A program made the position numbers and the translations under genes. A stretch of DNA of 64,000 nucleotides from a virus (lineage: Duplodnaviria > Heunggongvirae > Uroviricota > Caudoviricetes): the IMG/VR virus record IMGVR_UViG_3300042922_000270, one strand, 5' to 3'. This document shows positions 34,581-45,800 of this stretch, piece by piece; within the stretch, counting starts at the first letter, position 1; each line of letters opens with the position of its first letter. The notes under the pieces are model-generated. The model was not told the DNA's origin and searched no databases. It was given only the letters and a program-made list of their open reading frames with translations.

Positions 34581-37500
34581 TTATGCATCTTTGTTGGGTT
34601 GATCAAAGACACTGTTGCCCTCTTGCTCTGTGCTTGCTGCTTCGTAACTAGAGAATGAGATAGTGTCATCATCAGCTTCAAAACCATGATCTTCTGAGTT
34701 CTCTCTGTGATAAACAGCTAGGACCTCACCAGTGGCTTCATAGATGACCTGATACTCTTGTTCACCACCAAACTCTGTATCCATATCATCAAATGCAGAG
34801 TCCTGGTAAGCTTCGGTTAGTCCTCCTAGTTGTGAAACCATCTGGTGTAGCGGACCAGGGGTCTTTAATAGTCCAGTGGCGTGAGCTGCGGCTTCTAATA
34901 GGAATGCTGCTCCTAGACCAACTAGACCACCACCGATAGCTCCTGTGACCTTAGAGGCAGTAGCTTGTAGTGACTTACCGAATAGGTTCTGAGTCATCTT
35001 AACTCCACCCATAGCACCACCCATACCGGCTGCGATAGATCCACCAATGATTCCTAGTCTTACTGCTGCTTCGCCCTTATCAGGAGTCTCATTAACAATA
35101 GACTTAATCATAACTGTTGGGTTCATCATTGTTGCACCGATAGCTGCGTTGGCTGCAAAGGCTTCTTCAGTACTACCACCCATCACACCTGCCATAGTAG
35201 CAGCACCAAGAGCAGCACCAACAAAGATGTTACCGAAGCCACTCATGAATGCTCTACCACCTCTAGTCTCAAGACCTTGATCGATCTGTCTGGCTATATC
35301 GTTAGGTGATAGTTTGTGCTCTGCAGCGTACTGTGAAGGTTTGACACCCAACATACCTGCCCATGAAGCTTCCATCTTATGGCGAGCATACTTTCTAAAC
35401 TCTTCTGCATCAGCAGACTTATCTAGCTTCTCTGCATCTACCTTTTCGATAATGTCGTCATAGGCCATGTCTCCGAACTTATCGTTCAGGTCCTTTATCT
35501 TGGTTACGTTGGTATTATCTAGATACTGTAGGGCATGTGAAACATCAGTGCTCTTAGCGTATGCATCATAGATCTTTTGGATACTATCAGCAAACATAGG
35601 AGCATCAGTTACCTGTGAAGCTGCTTTCCTAATGTCGTCAGCGCTGTTGTAATCCATTAGGATATCTGTTAGAGCATCCTTGAAGTTATCAGCATTACGA
35701 ATCTTGCCACGTGAAGCCATGTTAGCAAAGATCTGTAGCTTAGTCTTCCTGGACATACCGTCAGCTCTATTGAATAGAGTCTGAGAGTCTGCTCCGTTAA
35801 GTGCACTACCATAAGCAATGTAGTCCTGACGGTACTGAGCTAGTGAGGGGTCCCACATACTGTAAGATGCCCAGTCAGCCATATTCTGACCTTGTGTCAT
35901 TAGGTGTTGCTTGAGTAGGTTATCTACCAGAGCCTTGCCCTTCTTATCAGCATACATACGCTTAATGGCATCGTCTCTAGTCTTCTCATTGATTAGGTCA
36001 TCAGCAAAGCTTCTGAGATCATCTATGTTCTGGTAGGGCCTAGTCTTTAGACCTGTAACAGGATCCTTATACTCCCAAGCCATTAGCTCTTTCACTAGTG
36101 GTGAAGTATCGTCAGTAAAGGCTCCTACTAGGTGTTCCTCAGCCATAATAGAATAACCAGCAGAGTTCTTCTTAAGAAGAGCCTTTACTAGTTCAGGTCC
36201 ACCGACCTTATTTAGTTCGCTAACCTGGTCACTGTAGAAGCTAGTAAAGCCTCTAGCCATATCTCTATTGATAGCGTCTAGCTGTTCAGGGGTATGACTA
36301 TTGGTTAGACCAAGGAAGTCCTTACCCTCTACCATAGTGTAGAAGGCTTCGAGTGCTTGTGTACGTTCTTGGCCTAGTACAAACTCCATACCTGAAGCGA
36401 CTTCACTAGCGTCATTTCTGTATAGACTTCTTAGTAGACTTAGAGCACCTTGGTCAATCTTAGGCTTAATGGCGTCACGCGCCATCTGCTGTGCTAGTAG
36501 AACAATACTGTGAACCTTAGTATGTTCTTCCATTACAGCATCGTATCTATCCACAGCAGCTTGAACTGAAGGCGTTAGATCCTTACCTCTTAGTGACTCA
36601 ATAGCTAGTCTTGAATTAGTGAACTTGGTACCATCTGCACCCATAGCGTTCACTACAGCTGCAGCAGCCTTTGCACGCTTGGCATCGAAGTGTGTCTGTA
36701 CAGTGAATGAAGCTTCATACACTTTACCGATTAGGAAGGTAGCAGCAAAGGCGGAGGCACTGAATAGAGCAGCTAGGTCTCTGTCAGTAACCTTTAGACC
36801 CTCAGCACCTAGTGCAACAGGAGATACTATACGGTTGCCCTTAGAGTCGTAGGTAACCTTCTGTGTCTTGTCATCTACTAGAGTACCTGACACTGAAGCG
36901 AGTTCTTTCGAGAGAAGCTTATATGACTCAGAGTCTGTAAGCTTACTCTTATTCTTACCCATGAACTCTAGGTAAGCATCCTGCTCAGTCATGTGAGAGT
37001 TAGCACTCATGATGTCTCTGACACCAGCACTTACGTCTGATGAGATACCAGTAATGTCAGCAGAGAACTTAATTGAAGCTACAGCTAGCCTAAAGGTGCT
37101 GTCCTTACGTGCCCTGAAAGCATTAAGCTCTATTGTCTGGTCTGCAGTTAGACTACCAGGCTTGTTCTTATCTCTACTCTCTAGAGCATGTAGGTAAGCT
37201 CTAGCACGAGCAGTAGATAGCTGCTTACCCTTACGAGTTACGTCATATAGGGAGTCATCACTAAAGAGACCATTGTCACCCAATACATGGTAGGCGAACT
37301 TAATGGCTTTCTCTTGAGCACTGTATCTCATGTCTCTGTTAACAGCCTTGAGGGATAGTTCCTCTTCCTGTGTTAACAGACCACTATCGATAAGTGCTAG
37401 TGACTGTAGTGCTGTGTATCTATTTAGTCTTGCTACTGAGGCCGTGTCACCGTCAAAGTCACCGAAGTTGAACATCATTGAACCAGCGCCCATTAGGACT

Positions 37501-40500
37501 GATCTTCTGAAGTGTCTCTCAGACATAGGAGCTGTCTTGAAGAATAGATCGTTAGCTTCCTGGATGGTGTAGATCTTATTAGCAGTCAGACCCATTGGAC
37601 CCATAGGGGCACCAGCACGCTGGAACATACCAGTCATAAGCTTGTGTCTTGATTCTGGGTTCTCAAAGATCTTCTCTAGAATTTCGTCTGTACTTAGTGA
37701 AGCTAGCTTGAGGGCTTGGATCTCTCTACGTACCTGGTCACGCCTCTTAGAAGGATCAGTTACCTCATGACGTCTAGTCCTTCTCTTAAACTCATAGGCA
37801 CGGCCGTGGGTCATATCCCTCACTTCAGCTCTTAACTTGGTAGCCTCGTGTTCTAGGTTACGTAGTTCATACCTAATGTCATCATTGAGAGCTGCTCCGT
37901 CACCAACATAGTAGTCAATCTGACTTTCGATGTTGTAGATACGTTGACGAAGCTCTTTAACGTCGTCCTTGAAAAGAGCCTTATCCTCTTCAACCAGACT
38001 ATCGTAGTGAGCCTTATCACTACTGTCTAGGTTCCACTCCCAACGTCTACCACGAACCTTATCTACTAGACCGGTAATGGGATTAACTTCTACTGTTCTT
38101 CCACGACCAATATCAAATGTATCGTATCCCTTGATAACATCTACAACGATACCTCTGCGGGAACGAACTACCCTTCTGCCTCTCCAGTTGTCTTTACCCA
38201 GTGGAATATCGTGTCTGAGAGCGATCCCTCTATCATCTACTCCCTTGCCATACTTATGAACAACTTCTCTTCTAGAAGTTCTATCTGGTCTTTTTAGCTC
38301 TAGAGCGTTAATGTCGTCCGTAAGAGCCTGATACTCTTTAGCACGGGCTTCTAGACCATTAGCTACTGAGTGACCATAGAGACGACCATTTAGAACCCTG
38401 CCTACACCAAGCTTCTCGCCTAGTTGTAGTACACGGTCCCTGTAGTCTTTAGCAACCATGTCCTCTAGACCTGGCTTACCAAAATAGATTGATTTCTCCC
38501 TGAAGGTTTGCTTGATCTCAGCAATGGCTTCGTCTTTCATGTTCTTGTAGGCTTCTGTACCAAGAACCATTACCCCTTCAGGTAGTTCGTGGTGCATACC
38601 TACAATCATGTTCTGGCCACCGACGGATAGTTGACCTCCTAGTGCCTTCTGGAAGTCAGTAGCAGCCGCTGCTTTCTGTGCGTCTTCTAGGTCAGACACT
38701 AGCTCCATGAAGTGACTATAGACTTCTCTCTGAGCATCAGTTAGTCCACCAGCCCTTACGCGACCATTGGGGAACAGTTCTTGTAGCTCAGGTAGCATCT
38801 GAATAATCTCTACCTGCTTAGCTTGGATCTCGTGTGAGAAGTCCTCGAATGATCCTAGTGATAGTAGGCTGTTAGCTGACATGAGTCGAATCTCACGTAG
38901 AGAGGCTGTACCTAGAGATTCACTGAATACGAACTTACCAGTACGCTCATCAAGCTTACCTAGCTCAGGAACCATCAAAGTACGTGCACCCACGCCAGCA
39001 GCCTTCTCAGCCTCTAGGAAGCTGTGTATCATGCTAGACTCATACGAACCCACAATGTTATGTGAAGGGCCCTTGCTGGCCATGCTAGTGGCCTTTATGT
39101 TGATCTTGTCAGTGACTACCTTAAGTTTTCTACCAGCTTCAGCTAAAGTCATATGTGATCCGTCATACTTAGATGACTTACCAGCAATGTATCTCTGTAG
39201 TGCAGTAAGCTCAATGAACTCATTGTGCATGTCCATTGTGTAGAAGGACATGGGAGTATTATCTAGACCACCAACAACATACTCAGATGTTGGAGCTAGT
39301 CCTTCGAGTAGACCGTGACTGATTAGTTCGCTGTAGGCAGATACTCTACCAGTTACACGCTGGTCCATAGCCATCATGTCCATAAACGAGTCTGTGTACT
39401 TACCTGAGTGATAGTTCAGGAAGTTAACTCTGTTACGGCTAGACATGGTGACAGCTGAAGCAGACATCGTTGAGATGAAGCTTAGGGGGATGATACCTAA
39501 TAGATCATCTCCAAGAAGACCCTTAAGTTCAGTCCTGTCTATATTAGATAGGAAGTTATTAGCGTGTAGACCGAAGGCTAGGAAGGCACTAGCAATATGC
39601 TGAGTGTGCCTACCAGACATCGTTACGTGACCTCTTCTGTTGATTTCCTTACGGGTGTTCTGGAAGAGTTCTTTAGCACGAGCAACCTTATAACTAGCGT
39701 CATCACTAGCTCTAATGTTATCGATTACTTTCTTGGTTGCAGGGTCTACATAGTCCTTAAACCTGTCGAATAGATCAAAGAACTTACTATCAAGAAGGTC
39801 ACCTACGTTAGACTCATTAATGATATCAAAGGCTAGGCCTGACTTAATAACCTCTAGACCAGTCTGGATTAGAGCATCACCTGTCTTAATAGTACCTGAG
39901 CCGAATAGTACGTTAGCCTTAGCAAGACCCATCTTTGTGTATGTGTCTGCCTTGGTACCCTTAGTTTGTTGAGCGATCCTATCTAAGGTCGTGAAGAGTC
40001 TAGAGTTCTCTCTAACAATCATTAGAGGAGCCTTCATACCAGTCATCACACGATCACCAGTTTGTAGTGATCTTAGGACCTCACCTTCAACATTTAGCTT
40101 ATAAGTATTGTCTGAGAGCTGAAGAGATAGCTTGTCTAGGTCGATAATGAATTCTACATCTGCACCCTGGTGTCTACTGGTAGGTAGAGCAAGACCCTGA
40201 CGAATTCTCTTCTCAGTGCCTGGCTGGAGTATATCCATAATATTTAGAGTATGGCCAATAGAGTCTAGACCAGCGGTGCTGATTCTATACTTACCGCCAC
40301 CCATGTGAGTAGCCTTGTTAGGATTCTTAGCTAGGTCGGTTAGGTGATCTCTCAATAGCACGAATGATTCAGGATCGATTAGTGCTTGTCTTCCCTTAAC
40401 AGTCTTGCTGTATCCTGTTGAGAATTTACTCTCCCCTAGGCGTGCAGCATCGAAGTAAGCTACGTCACCACCCATACCAGGAGCCATGTAACCTACAAAT

Positions 40501-43127
40501 CTTACACCCTTAAGGGCCTTACCGTCTTCTGCACGTAGTAGCGACTCACCAGCTAGTGAAGCATCAGCATAATCAGATCCCATAGACCTAGCTGACATGA
40601 TGTTACCTAGACGCTGAGCAATCTGGTTGATCTTGCTCAGAGGCATCATGAAGAAGTAATCATCATCACTATTAGGTGATAGCTTAGCTGAGATTGGTAG
40701 TGAGCTAGCCACTTCTCTTAGGTTGTAGAACCTTGATGCACTATAACCATCATCCTTAGGTCCCTGAGATGTGCGCTCATTAGATAGACCACTAGTTCTA
40801 TAGATAACGGGGTCTGCACCCAGCTTGTACTTAGTGATGTTAGTACCAATACGATTACGGACCATGCGAGCAAACTCAGTAGACTGAGAGAACTCAATGT
40901 CCTGAGGCATGATCTTAGCATGACGTCTCTCACCGTCAACATTAAAGAAGTACTGGTCTAGACGTAGGTTACCCTCAGCATCTACCGGGAAGGCTAGTCT
41001 TGCAGCAGACTTAGTGTCATACACAGCTTCACCAGGTTCGTAGCCTGCAAAGTTAGCGAAGGTATCCTCACGCATATACTTCTTAACTTCTCTCTTCAGA
41101 GTAGCTCTTAAGTAGCCAGACTGAGCAAAGGCGTTGACTGCATCTGCTCCGTATGCTTGATGGAAGGTATTTAGGATCTCACTAACACGCCTGTTAGCGC
41201 CACTGATGCCTGCTACTATGGTTTCTAGAGGGCTGTACTCTCTTACATCTAGGTCATTAGTCTCATCGAAGCCCACACCTTGAGACTTACCTACATACTT
41301 ACCAAACTCTGGAATGTATAGCTGACCCGATAGACCCTTAGTGTTCTGTACAACACTAAAGTTCATGAGTTCGCCCATGTTAACGGTCATACCTGCAACA
41401 GAATATAGACCACCTAGTGACACACGTGAACCATATGCTTTACCGGTAGCTGTATCTAGTAGCTGCTTAGTGTTAACCGTAGCGTAAGGGTCTCTGGCCT
41501 GTTTGATAGCCAGCTCGGTAGATAGTTCATCGTGGACTGAACTGAAGGCATAATTACTATTCTTTCTGAATAGCTTCATACCGTAAGCAATGTTATCAAA
41601 CCTCTTAGCTTCACGAGCTACATTAAACTCATCGCTGTGCAGGAGGATGTCTAGGTCCTTAGTCCATAGAATGTCATCGTTACCAAAGTTACCTCTGCTG
41701 CCCATGTGGTGGAAGCCGCGTAGCATACCATCAGACATGTTGCTTGAGCCTAGAATCATTTTAGATTCAGAGGCTCCCTGGTAGATAGCCATCTTGTTGT
41801 GAACGAAGTGTTCTGACCTAACTACAGACATGTTACGCTCAGCACGCCTACGGGCTCTACCCTTAGACATACCCTGAGCTTCATAGTGACTAGCTAGGTT
41901 ATCTTGAACCTTTAGCATTACGTCTTGACTGAAGGTTGTGGCTTTGCCTGTATCGTTCTTAGAGTGCTCTACACCTGTTAGAACTTCTACTCGTGCACCA
42001 CGCTTAACAGCAGCCTCTACCCAACTAGCTACATCTTCACCTAGTTGGAAGTTAGATATTCTTACTACGTCTCCAGCTCCAGCAGCCTCCAGAGCGTTGT
42101 AGTGCTCCATAGCTGTCGTGCCTGTTCCGATAAACTTTGACTTAGTCCATCCACCGAAGTCCCTAGCAAAGGTATCTTTACTCTTTAACCATTCTTTTAC
42201 ATTCTTGGCCTGGACCATAAGTGATGCGAAGGTGCTGAGTGAAACCTCACCAGACTTAACCATAGAGTAGTCTAGTGTGAAGTTAGATTCAAAGTTACGA
42301 CCTATAGCGTTACCAACCCTACCCATAGCACCAGTGGTGGCGTTAGTAGAGCCAATAATAAAGGCTGACCTAGAGCTAATACTCTCAATGTCAAAGCCAA
42401 AGAACTTAGCGTGGGACCACTGGTTCCTAGGGTCAGACTTAACTGTGAGCTTATCTATTCCGTTTCTAGAGTTAAGGTAGTCATATCCAATCTCAGCAGC
42501 TAGCCCTAGGCCACTGCCTGTACGAGGATCGTTAATGACTACATTGGTGTTTACCTTACGAGAGATCTCCCTAATACCGTCTAGAACAGTAGGGTGCTCA
42601 ATCTGGAAGGCAGAGATGAACACATCGCTCTGAGCTGTGCCCATACGATGGATGACGTTCTCTAGGTGGTGGGAGTGTTGTACACCTGAGAAGCCTTGAG
42701 TCCTGCCAGTAAACTTATATCTAACAAACGAATCTTCTAGTTTGTTGAAGTTACCGCCGAACTCTGTATAGATGAAGTTACGTTGGGCAGTCTCGGCAGC
42801 CTTAATGCCTGCTTCAAGGGCAGCTATCTCTTTAGGTGAAAGACCTGCAGTATCTACTGCACTAAAAGACTTCTGTGGATTAAACTTAGCAAAAGAGAAG
42901 GGGTCACTAGTGTTATACCCTTGCATCTTTGCCATGTGTTCAATCATGGGATCACGGCCTGACCTCTCTGCAGCGGTCTCACCAAAGATACCAGCATCGG
43001 CTTCAGCGATACTGTCGTCTATGGTATATGCAGCCTCAACACCCCTGAGTCTAGCCCTTAGGGTAGCGTACTCTGGAGTGTTTAGATCTGGGATGTATCT
43101 ATTGAAGTATTCGCTTGGTTGATGCAT
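34581..43127 (-). CDS. 2848-aa PLD-domain / two-barrel RNA polymerase fusion, probably virion-packaged
   Basis: HAKFFGFD...IIGSTN and HNKMAIYQ...ILGSSN; GDRVMTGMKA; FQRAGAP...NFGDFDGD; Gly/Ala-rich hydrophobic C-terminus. Confidence 0.75.
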   Translation of the reverse strand: MHQPSEYFNRYIPDLNTPEYATLRARLRGVEAAYTIDDSIAEADAGIFGETAAERSGRDPMIEHMAKMQGYNTSDPFSFAKFNPQKSFSAVDTAGLSPKEIAALEAGIKAAETAQRNFIYTEFGGNFNKLEDSFVRYKFTGRTQGFSGVQHSHHLENVIHRMGTAQSDVFISAFQIEHPTVLDGIREISRKVNTNVVINDPRTGSGLGLAAEIGYDYLNSRNGIDKLTVKSDPRNQWSHAKFFGFDIESISSRSAFIIGSTNATTGAMGRVGNAIGRNFESNFTLDYSMVKSGEVSLSTFASLMVQAKNVKEWLKSKDTFARDFGGWTKSKFIGTGTTAMEHYNALEAAGAGDVVRISNFQLGEDVASWVEAAVKRGARVEVLTGVEHSKNDTGKATTFSQDVMLKVQDNLASHYEAQGMSKGRARRRAERNMSVVRSEHFVHNKMAIYQGASESKMILGSSNMSDGMLRGFHHMGSRGNFGNDDILWTKDLDILLHSDEFNVAREAKRFDNIAYGMKLFRKNSNYAFSSVHDELSTELAIKQARDPYATVNTKQLLDTATGKAYGSRVSLGGLYSVAGMTVNMGELMNFSVVQNTKGLSGQLYIPEFGKYVGKSQGVGFDETNDLDVREYSPLETIVAGISGANRRVSEILNTFHQAYGADAVNAFAQSGYLRATLKREVKKYMREDTFANFAGYEPGEAVYDTKSAARLAFPVDAEGNLRLDQYFFNVDGERRHAKIMPQDIEFSQSTEFARMVRNRIGTNITKYKLGADPVIYRTSGLSNERTSQGPKDDGYSASRFYNLREVASSLPISAKLSPNSDDDYFFMMPLSKINQIAQRLGNIMSARSMGSDYADASLAGESLLRAEDGKALKGVRFVGYMAPGMGGDVAYFDAARLGESKFSTGYSKTVKGRQALIDPESFVLLRDHLTDLAKNPNKATHMGGGKYRISTAGLDSIGHTLNIMDILQPGTEKRIRQGLALPTSRHQGADVEFIIDLDKLSLQLSDNTYKLNVEGEVLRSLQTGDRVMTGMKAPLMIVRENSRLFTTLDRIAQQTKGTKADTYTKMGLAKANVLFGSGTIKTGDALIQTGLEVIKSGLAFDIINESNVGDLLDSKFFDLFDRFKDYVDPATKKVIDNIRASDDASYKVARAKELFQNTRKEINRRGHVTMSGRHTQHIASAFLAFGLHANNFLSNIDRTELKGLLGDDLLGIIPLSFISTMSASAVTMSSRNRVNFLNYHSGKYTDSFMDMMAMDQRVTGRVSAYSELISHGLLEGLAPTSEYVVGGLDNTPMSFYTMDMHNEFIELTALQRYIAGKSSKYDGSHMTLAEAGRKLKVVTDKINIKATSMASKGPSHNIVGSYESSMIHSFLEAEKAAGVGARTLMVPELGKLDERTGKFVFSESLGTASLREIRLMSANSLLSLGSFEDFSHEIQAKQVEIIQMLPELQELFPNGRVRAGGLTDAQREVYSHFMELVSDLEDAQKAAAATDFQKALGGQLSVGGQNMIVGMHHELPEGVMVLGTEAYKNMKDEAIAEIKQTFREKSIYFGKPGLEDMVAKDYRDRVLQLGEKLGVGRVLNGRLYGHSVANGLEARAKEYQALTDDINALELKRPDRTSRREVVHKYGKGVDDRGIALRHDIPLGKDNWRGRRVVRSRRGIVVDVIKGYDTFDIGRGRTVEVNPITGLVDKVRGRRWEWNLDSSDKAHYDSLVEEDKALFKDDVKELRQRIYNIESQIDYYVGDGAALNDDIRYELRNLEHEATKLRAEVRDMTHGRAYEFKRRTRRHEVTDPSKRRDQVRREIQALKLASLSTDEILEKIFENPESRHKLMTGMFQRAGAPMGPMGLTANKIYTIQEANDLFFKTAPMSERHFRRSVLMGAGSMMFNFGDFDGDTASVARLNRYTALQSLALIDSGLLTQEEELSLKAVNRDMRYSAQEKAIKFAYHVLGDNGLFSDDSLYDVTRKGKQLSTARARAYLHALESRDKNKPGSLTADQTIELNAFRARKDSTFRLAVASIKFSADITGISSDVSAGVRDIMSANSHMTEQDAYLEFMGKNKSKLTDSESYKLLSKELASVSGTLVDDKTQKVTYDSKGNRIVSPVALGAEGLKVTDRDLAALFSASAFAATFLIGKVYEASFTVQTHFDAKRAKAAAAVVNAMGADGTKFTNSRLAIESLRGKDLTPSVQAAVDRYDAVMEEHTKVHSIVLLAQQMARDAIKPKIDQGALSLLRSLYRNDASEVASGMEFVLGQERTQALEAFYTMVEGKDFLGLTNSHTPEQLDAINRDMARGFTSFYSDQVSELNKVGGPELVKALLKKNSAGYSIMAEEHLVGAFTDDTSPLVKELMAWEYKDPVTGLKTRPYQNIDDLRSFADDLINEKTRDDAIKRMYADKKGKALVDNLLKQHLMTQGQNMADWASYSMWDPSLAQYRQDYIAYGSALNGADSQTLFNRADGMSRKTKLQIFANMASRGKIRNADNFKDALTDILMDYNSADDIRKAASQVTDAPMFADSIQKIYDAYAKSTDVSHALQYLDNTNVTKIKDLNDKFGDMAYDDIIEKVDAEKLDKSADAEEFRKYARHKMEASWAGMLGVKPSQYAAEHKLSPNDIARQIDQGLETRGGRAFMSGFGNIFVGAALGAATMAGVMGGSTEEAFAANAAIGATMMNPTVMIKSIVNETPDKGEAAVRLGIIGGSIAAGMGGAMGGVKMTQNLFGKSLQATASKVTGAIGGGLVGLGAAFLLEAAAHATGLLKTPGPLHQMVSQLGGLTEAYQDSAFDDMDTEFGGEQEYQVIYEATGEVLAVYHRENSEDHGFEADDDTISFSSYEAASTEQEGNSVFDQPNKDA

Positions 43128-43190
43128 TATAGTATGGTACCTGGAAACTAGTTGAGTTTTCTAGGAGTATTATAATATTTATAAAAGGAG

Positions 43191-43514
43191 TTGCCAACTG
43201 TGAACGAATCAGTTAATATAGAAGGGCTTCCAGAATACAAGATTACGAAGGTAGACCTTGACTGGTTACTTAAAGAACTGGTATTAGAAGTAAGTCTTAC
43301 AGAACCACAATACCATGCCATCAAGGCTAGTGGGGCTCTGGAGATGCCAGACTACAACATTTCTATTCCGTCAAACGGGGAGACACTAGTAGTCGAACTA
43401 AACAATAAGCTAGCTAAGATGACTAAGCTAGCTGTGTACAAGTCAAGCTTAGTGGGGACGTTCGTAGTTCCCTTTTCAAAAGTATACTCAAAGGAGATAG
43501 TCGATAATGGCTAA
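43191..43514 (+). CDS. Hypothetical protein
   Basis: AAAGGAG SD, likely GTG start at 43200. Confidence 0.7.
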   Translation: MPTVNESVNIEGLPEYKITKVDLDWLLKELVLEVSLTEPQYHAIKASGALEMPDYNISIPSNGETLVVELNNKLAKMTKLAVYKSSLVGTFVVPFSKVYSKEIVDNG

Positions 43515-43893
43515 CAAGGATAAAGTTTCAGAGCTAGTTGTTAAGAGCGCTGAATACAAGCTACCCACTGGTGTTATTCTACATGCACGTAAGCCTAATA
43601 ACGGCGACCGTAGAACCCTTCTTGAGGCTCCTGACACTAACCGTCAGTACCTAATGGAGATCCTAGCTTCAGGCTGTATCACCAAGATTGAGTTCCCCAT
43701 AGACCACGAGAAGTACCCTGCTGGTAAGGTGTTCGAGTATGACGTAGATGACCGTAAGGATGTCTGGGCTCGTATGGACGTCCTAGATCTAGAAGACTCA
43801 ATCACTTATGTTGAAGCCTTCGGTACCAAGAACTGGCCCTCAGAGGCTATGATCAAGCAGGTCATCGACGCAGCTACTAAAAGCAACAAGTAA
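43507..43893 (+). CDS. Probable tail assembly chaperone
   Basis: YKLPTG..ARKPxxGD...MDVLDLED pattern, similar to Mu gp41-type chaperones. Confidence 0.5.
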   Translation: MANKDKVSELVVKSAEYKLPTGVILHARKPNNGDRRTLLEAPDTNRQYLMEILASGCITKIEFPIDHEKYPAGKVFEYDVDDRKDVWARMDVLDLEDSITYVEAFGTKNWPSEAMIKQVIDAATKSNK

Positions 43894-43906
43894 GGAACAA
43901 GCACTA

Positions 43907-44134
43907 ATGGATGCCCTTAATTTAGATTTATGGGCGGAGCTAGCGTTGGTAGGTGGCATGTCTATTGACACCTATCTTCGCATAGACGAGGAACTTGCTG
44001 TAGCCTGTCTCATGGCCCTTCAGAATAAGATTGAAGGAGTCAAGAAAGAGAAGGAAGCACAGCAAGAAGTTCACTTCAAGAAGCAACACTCTCTTAACCT
44101 CCTAGCTGAGGTTGAGGCTAAGCACAAGAGATAA
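43907..44134 (+). CDS. Possible C-terminal partner of the tail chaperone
   Basis: Small ORF directly after the putative chaperone. Confidence 0.5.
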   Translation: MDALNLDLWAELALVGGMSIDTYLRIDEELAVACLMALQNKIEGVKKEKEAQQEVHFKKQHSLNLLAEVEAKHKR

Positions 44135-44136
44135 GT

Positions 44137-45795
44137 ATGGCGACACCTAAGAAGAAGAAGACAATAACCCCTAAAGCTAATCCAGATGTCAGCATAGGTG
44201 TACGTCAGGTAGGTTCAACCCTATCTTCGTACAACCCTGCCTTCAAGTTAGGTGTACTGGACGGTCCTGATAGATCCTATTACAGAAAGTATGAGTATGC
44301 TTTCAGGACCGAACCTGTCATCAATAGAGCTATTAAGTTTATATCTCTAACGATGTTAGCTTCACTCGGAGCCTATACACACCCCGAACAGTCCATCCAA
44401 AGGTTTGTTCAGGAGAACTTGGATAGATCTGAGGGTAACCTTCAGGAGTGGCTATCGTCACTTATCATCTCTGCTCTTATCTATGGTAGGGGCAACTCAG
44501 AGATTCTGTGGGAACCTAAAGAGGGTAAGGTCTTTATTAAGGACCTCGTTAACTACCACCCCAGATCCATCTACCTAGTACCTGACATGTATGGTCGTCT
44601 AACTAACGGTAAGCCCAACCCCTATCACCCTACCTTTAATAAGACAGGTGTGTGGCAAGAGCTACCCGTACAGGTCATGAACAACAGAAAGCTCACCGGT
44701 AGGGATAAGTTCTTGAACTATATCCGTATCGACATGAACAAGATGGTTGTAGTGACCCACAACAAGAGATTCGGTAACTATGATGGAGAGAGTGCTCTTG
44801 CGCCTATCTTCCTAAGTTACCAGATGAAGACCAAGACCTGGGATGACCTTATGGTCACTACCGAACGTTATGGCTCACCTCAGATTGCTGCTATCGTACC
44901 TAATGGTATGACCTCTAATCAGATTATTGATCCTGTGACAGGTATGGCCCGTCCTGAGACCATTGCTGAGGCTGCTGCTCGCAACCTACAGAATATGTCT
45001 ATCTCAACCGCTATGGTGTTTGAGGAGCCTACAGGACTACCCGGAGAGAAGATTAGGATCCAACCTATCAACACAGGTAATAACTTTGGTGATAGCTTCT
45101 TGAACACTATGCATAGGTTGAACCACGAGGTCCTACTAGGCCTTGGGTTGCCTCCGCTCATGTTCCTAGAGCAGCAGACTGGCCTAGGGTCAGGTAACAT
45201 TACTGCTATTCAGGCTGAGGCTTACAAGCAGACTATGGTGTCCATGTACAAAGAGTTCGTGGAGCCTTTCACTGAGCAGGTGATTGGTAAACTAATTCAG
45301 TACAACTTTGGTGACAAGCATGGCTGTGGAAGGTTTGAGTTCAATCCTTTCGATATCGCTGCTGCTGGTGCACTAGGTGAGATGGTAGACATGGCACTTA
45401 ACTGTGGTATTGTGGATACCTCTGAAGCTGTCGATCTGCAGCTACTCAGGGCTCGTATGGGCTTCCCAGCCATCAATGATGATTCACTTGCTAAGCGTCT
45501 TCGTAACAACAAGAAGATTATCGAGAACAGGATCAACCCTGAGAAGAATAAGATGGAGTCACAACTCAAGATCACTGAACACCAGACTGCAGCTCAGAAG
45601 GAGATTGCTGAGGGTCAGCTTGAAGTAGACAAAGAACGTAATGATGCTCAGCTCAAGCACCAGAAGGAAGTAGAGAAGATGAAGCAGCAGACTCAAATTA
45701 AGGTAGCTAAGCTTAAGCCTAAGCCAGCTACTCCGAAGAAGTCAGCTACGAAGAAACTTACCGACTGGTTGACTGGAAAGGATAAAGAAGATTAA
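44137..45795 (+). CDS. Portal protein (DUF935 / Mu gp29-like)
   Basis: ALIYGxxxSEILW, GNYDGESAL, ERYGSP, KLIQYNFG. Confidence 0.85.
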   Translation: MATPKKKKTITPKANPDVSIGVRQVGSTLSSYNPAFKLGVLDGPDRSYYRKYEYAFRTEPVINRAIKFISLTMLASLGAYTHPEQSIQRFVQENLDRSEGNLQEWLSSLIISALIYGRGNSEILWEPKEGKVFIKDLVNYHPRSIYLVPDMYGRLTNGKPNPYHPTFNKTGVWQELPVQVMNNRKLTGRDKFLNYIRIDMNKMVVVTHNKRFGNYDGESALAPIFLSYQMKTKTWDDLMVTTERYGSPQIAAIVPNGMTSNQIIDPVTGMARPETIAEAAARNLQNMSISTAMVFEEPTGLPGEKIRIQPINTGNNFGDSFLNTMHRLNHEVLLGLGLPPLMFLEQQTGLGSGNITAIQAEAYKQTMVSMYKEFVEPFTEQVIGKLIQYNFGDKHGCGRFEFNPFDIAAAGALGEMVDMALNCGIVDTSEAVDLQLLRARMGFPAINDDSLAKRLRNNKKIIENRINPEKNKMESQLKITEHQTAAQKEIAEGQLEVDKERNDAQLKHQKEVEKMKQQTQIKVAKLKPKPATPKKSATKKLTDWLTGKDKED

Positions 45796-45800
45796 AATAC

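Noticed and set aside
34499-43148. TACCTGGAAA flanking both ends of the giant gene as a possible insertion scar
   Set aside because: Only a 10-nt match with no mobility gene; could be chance or a promoter element.
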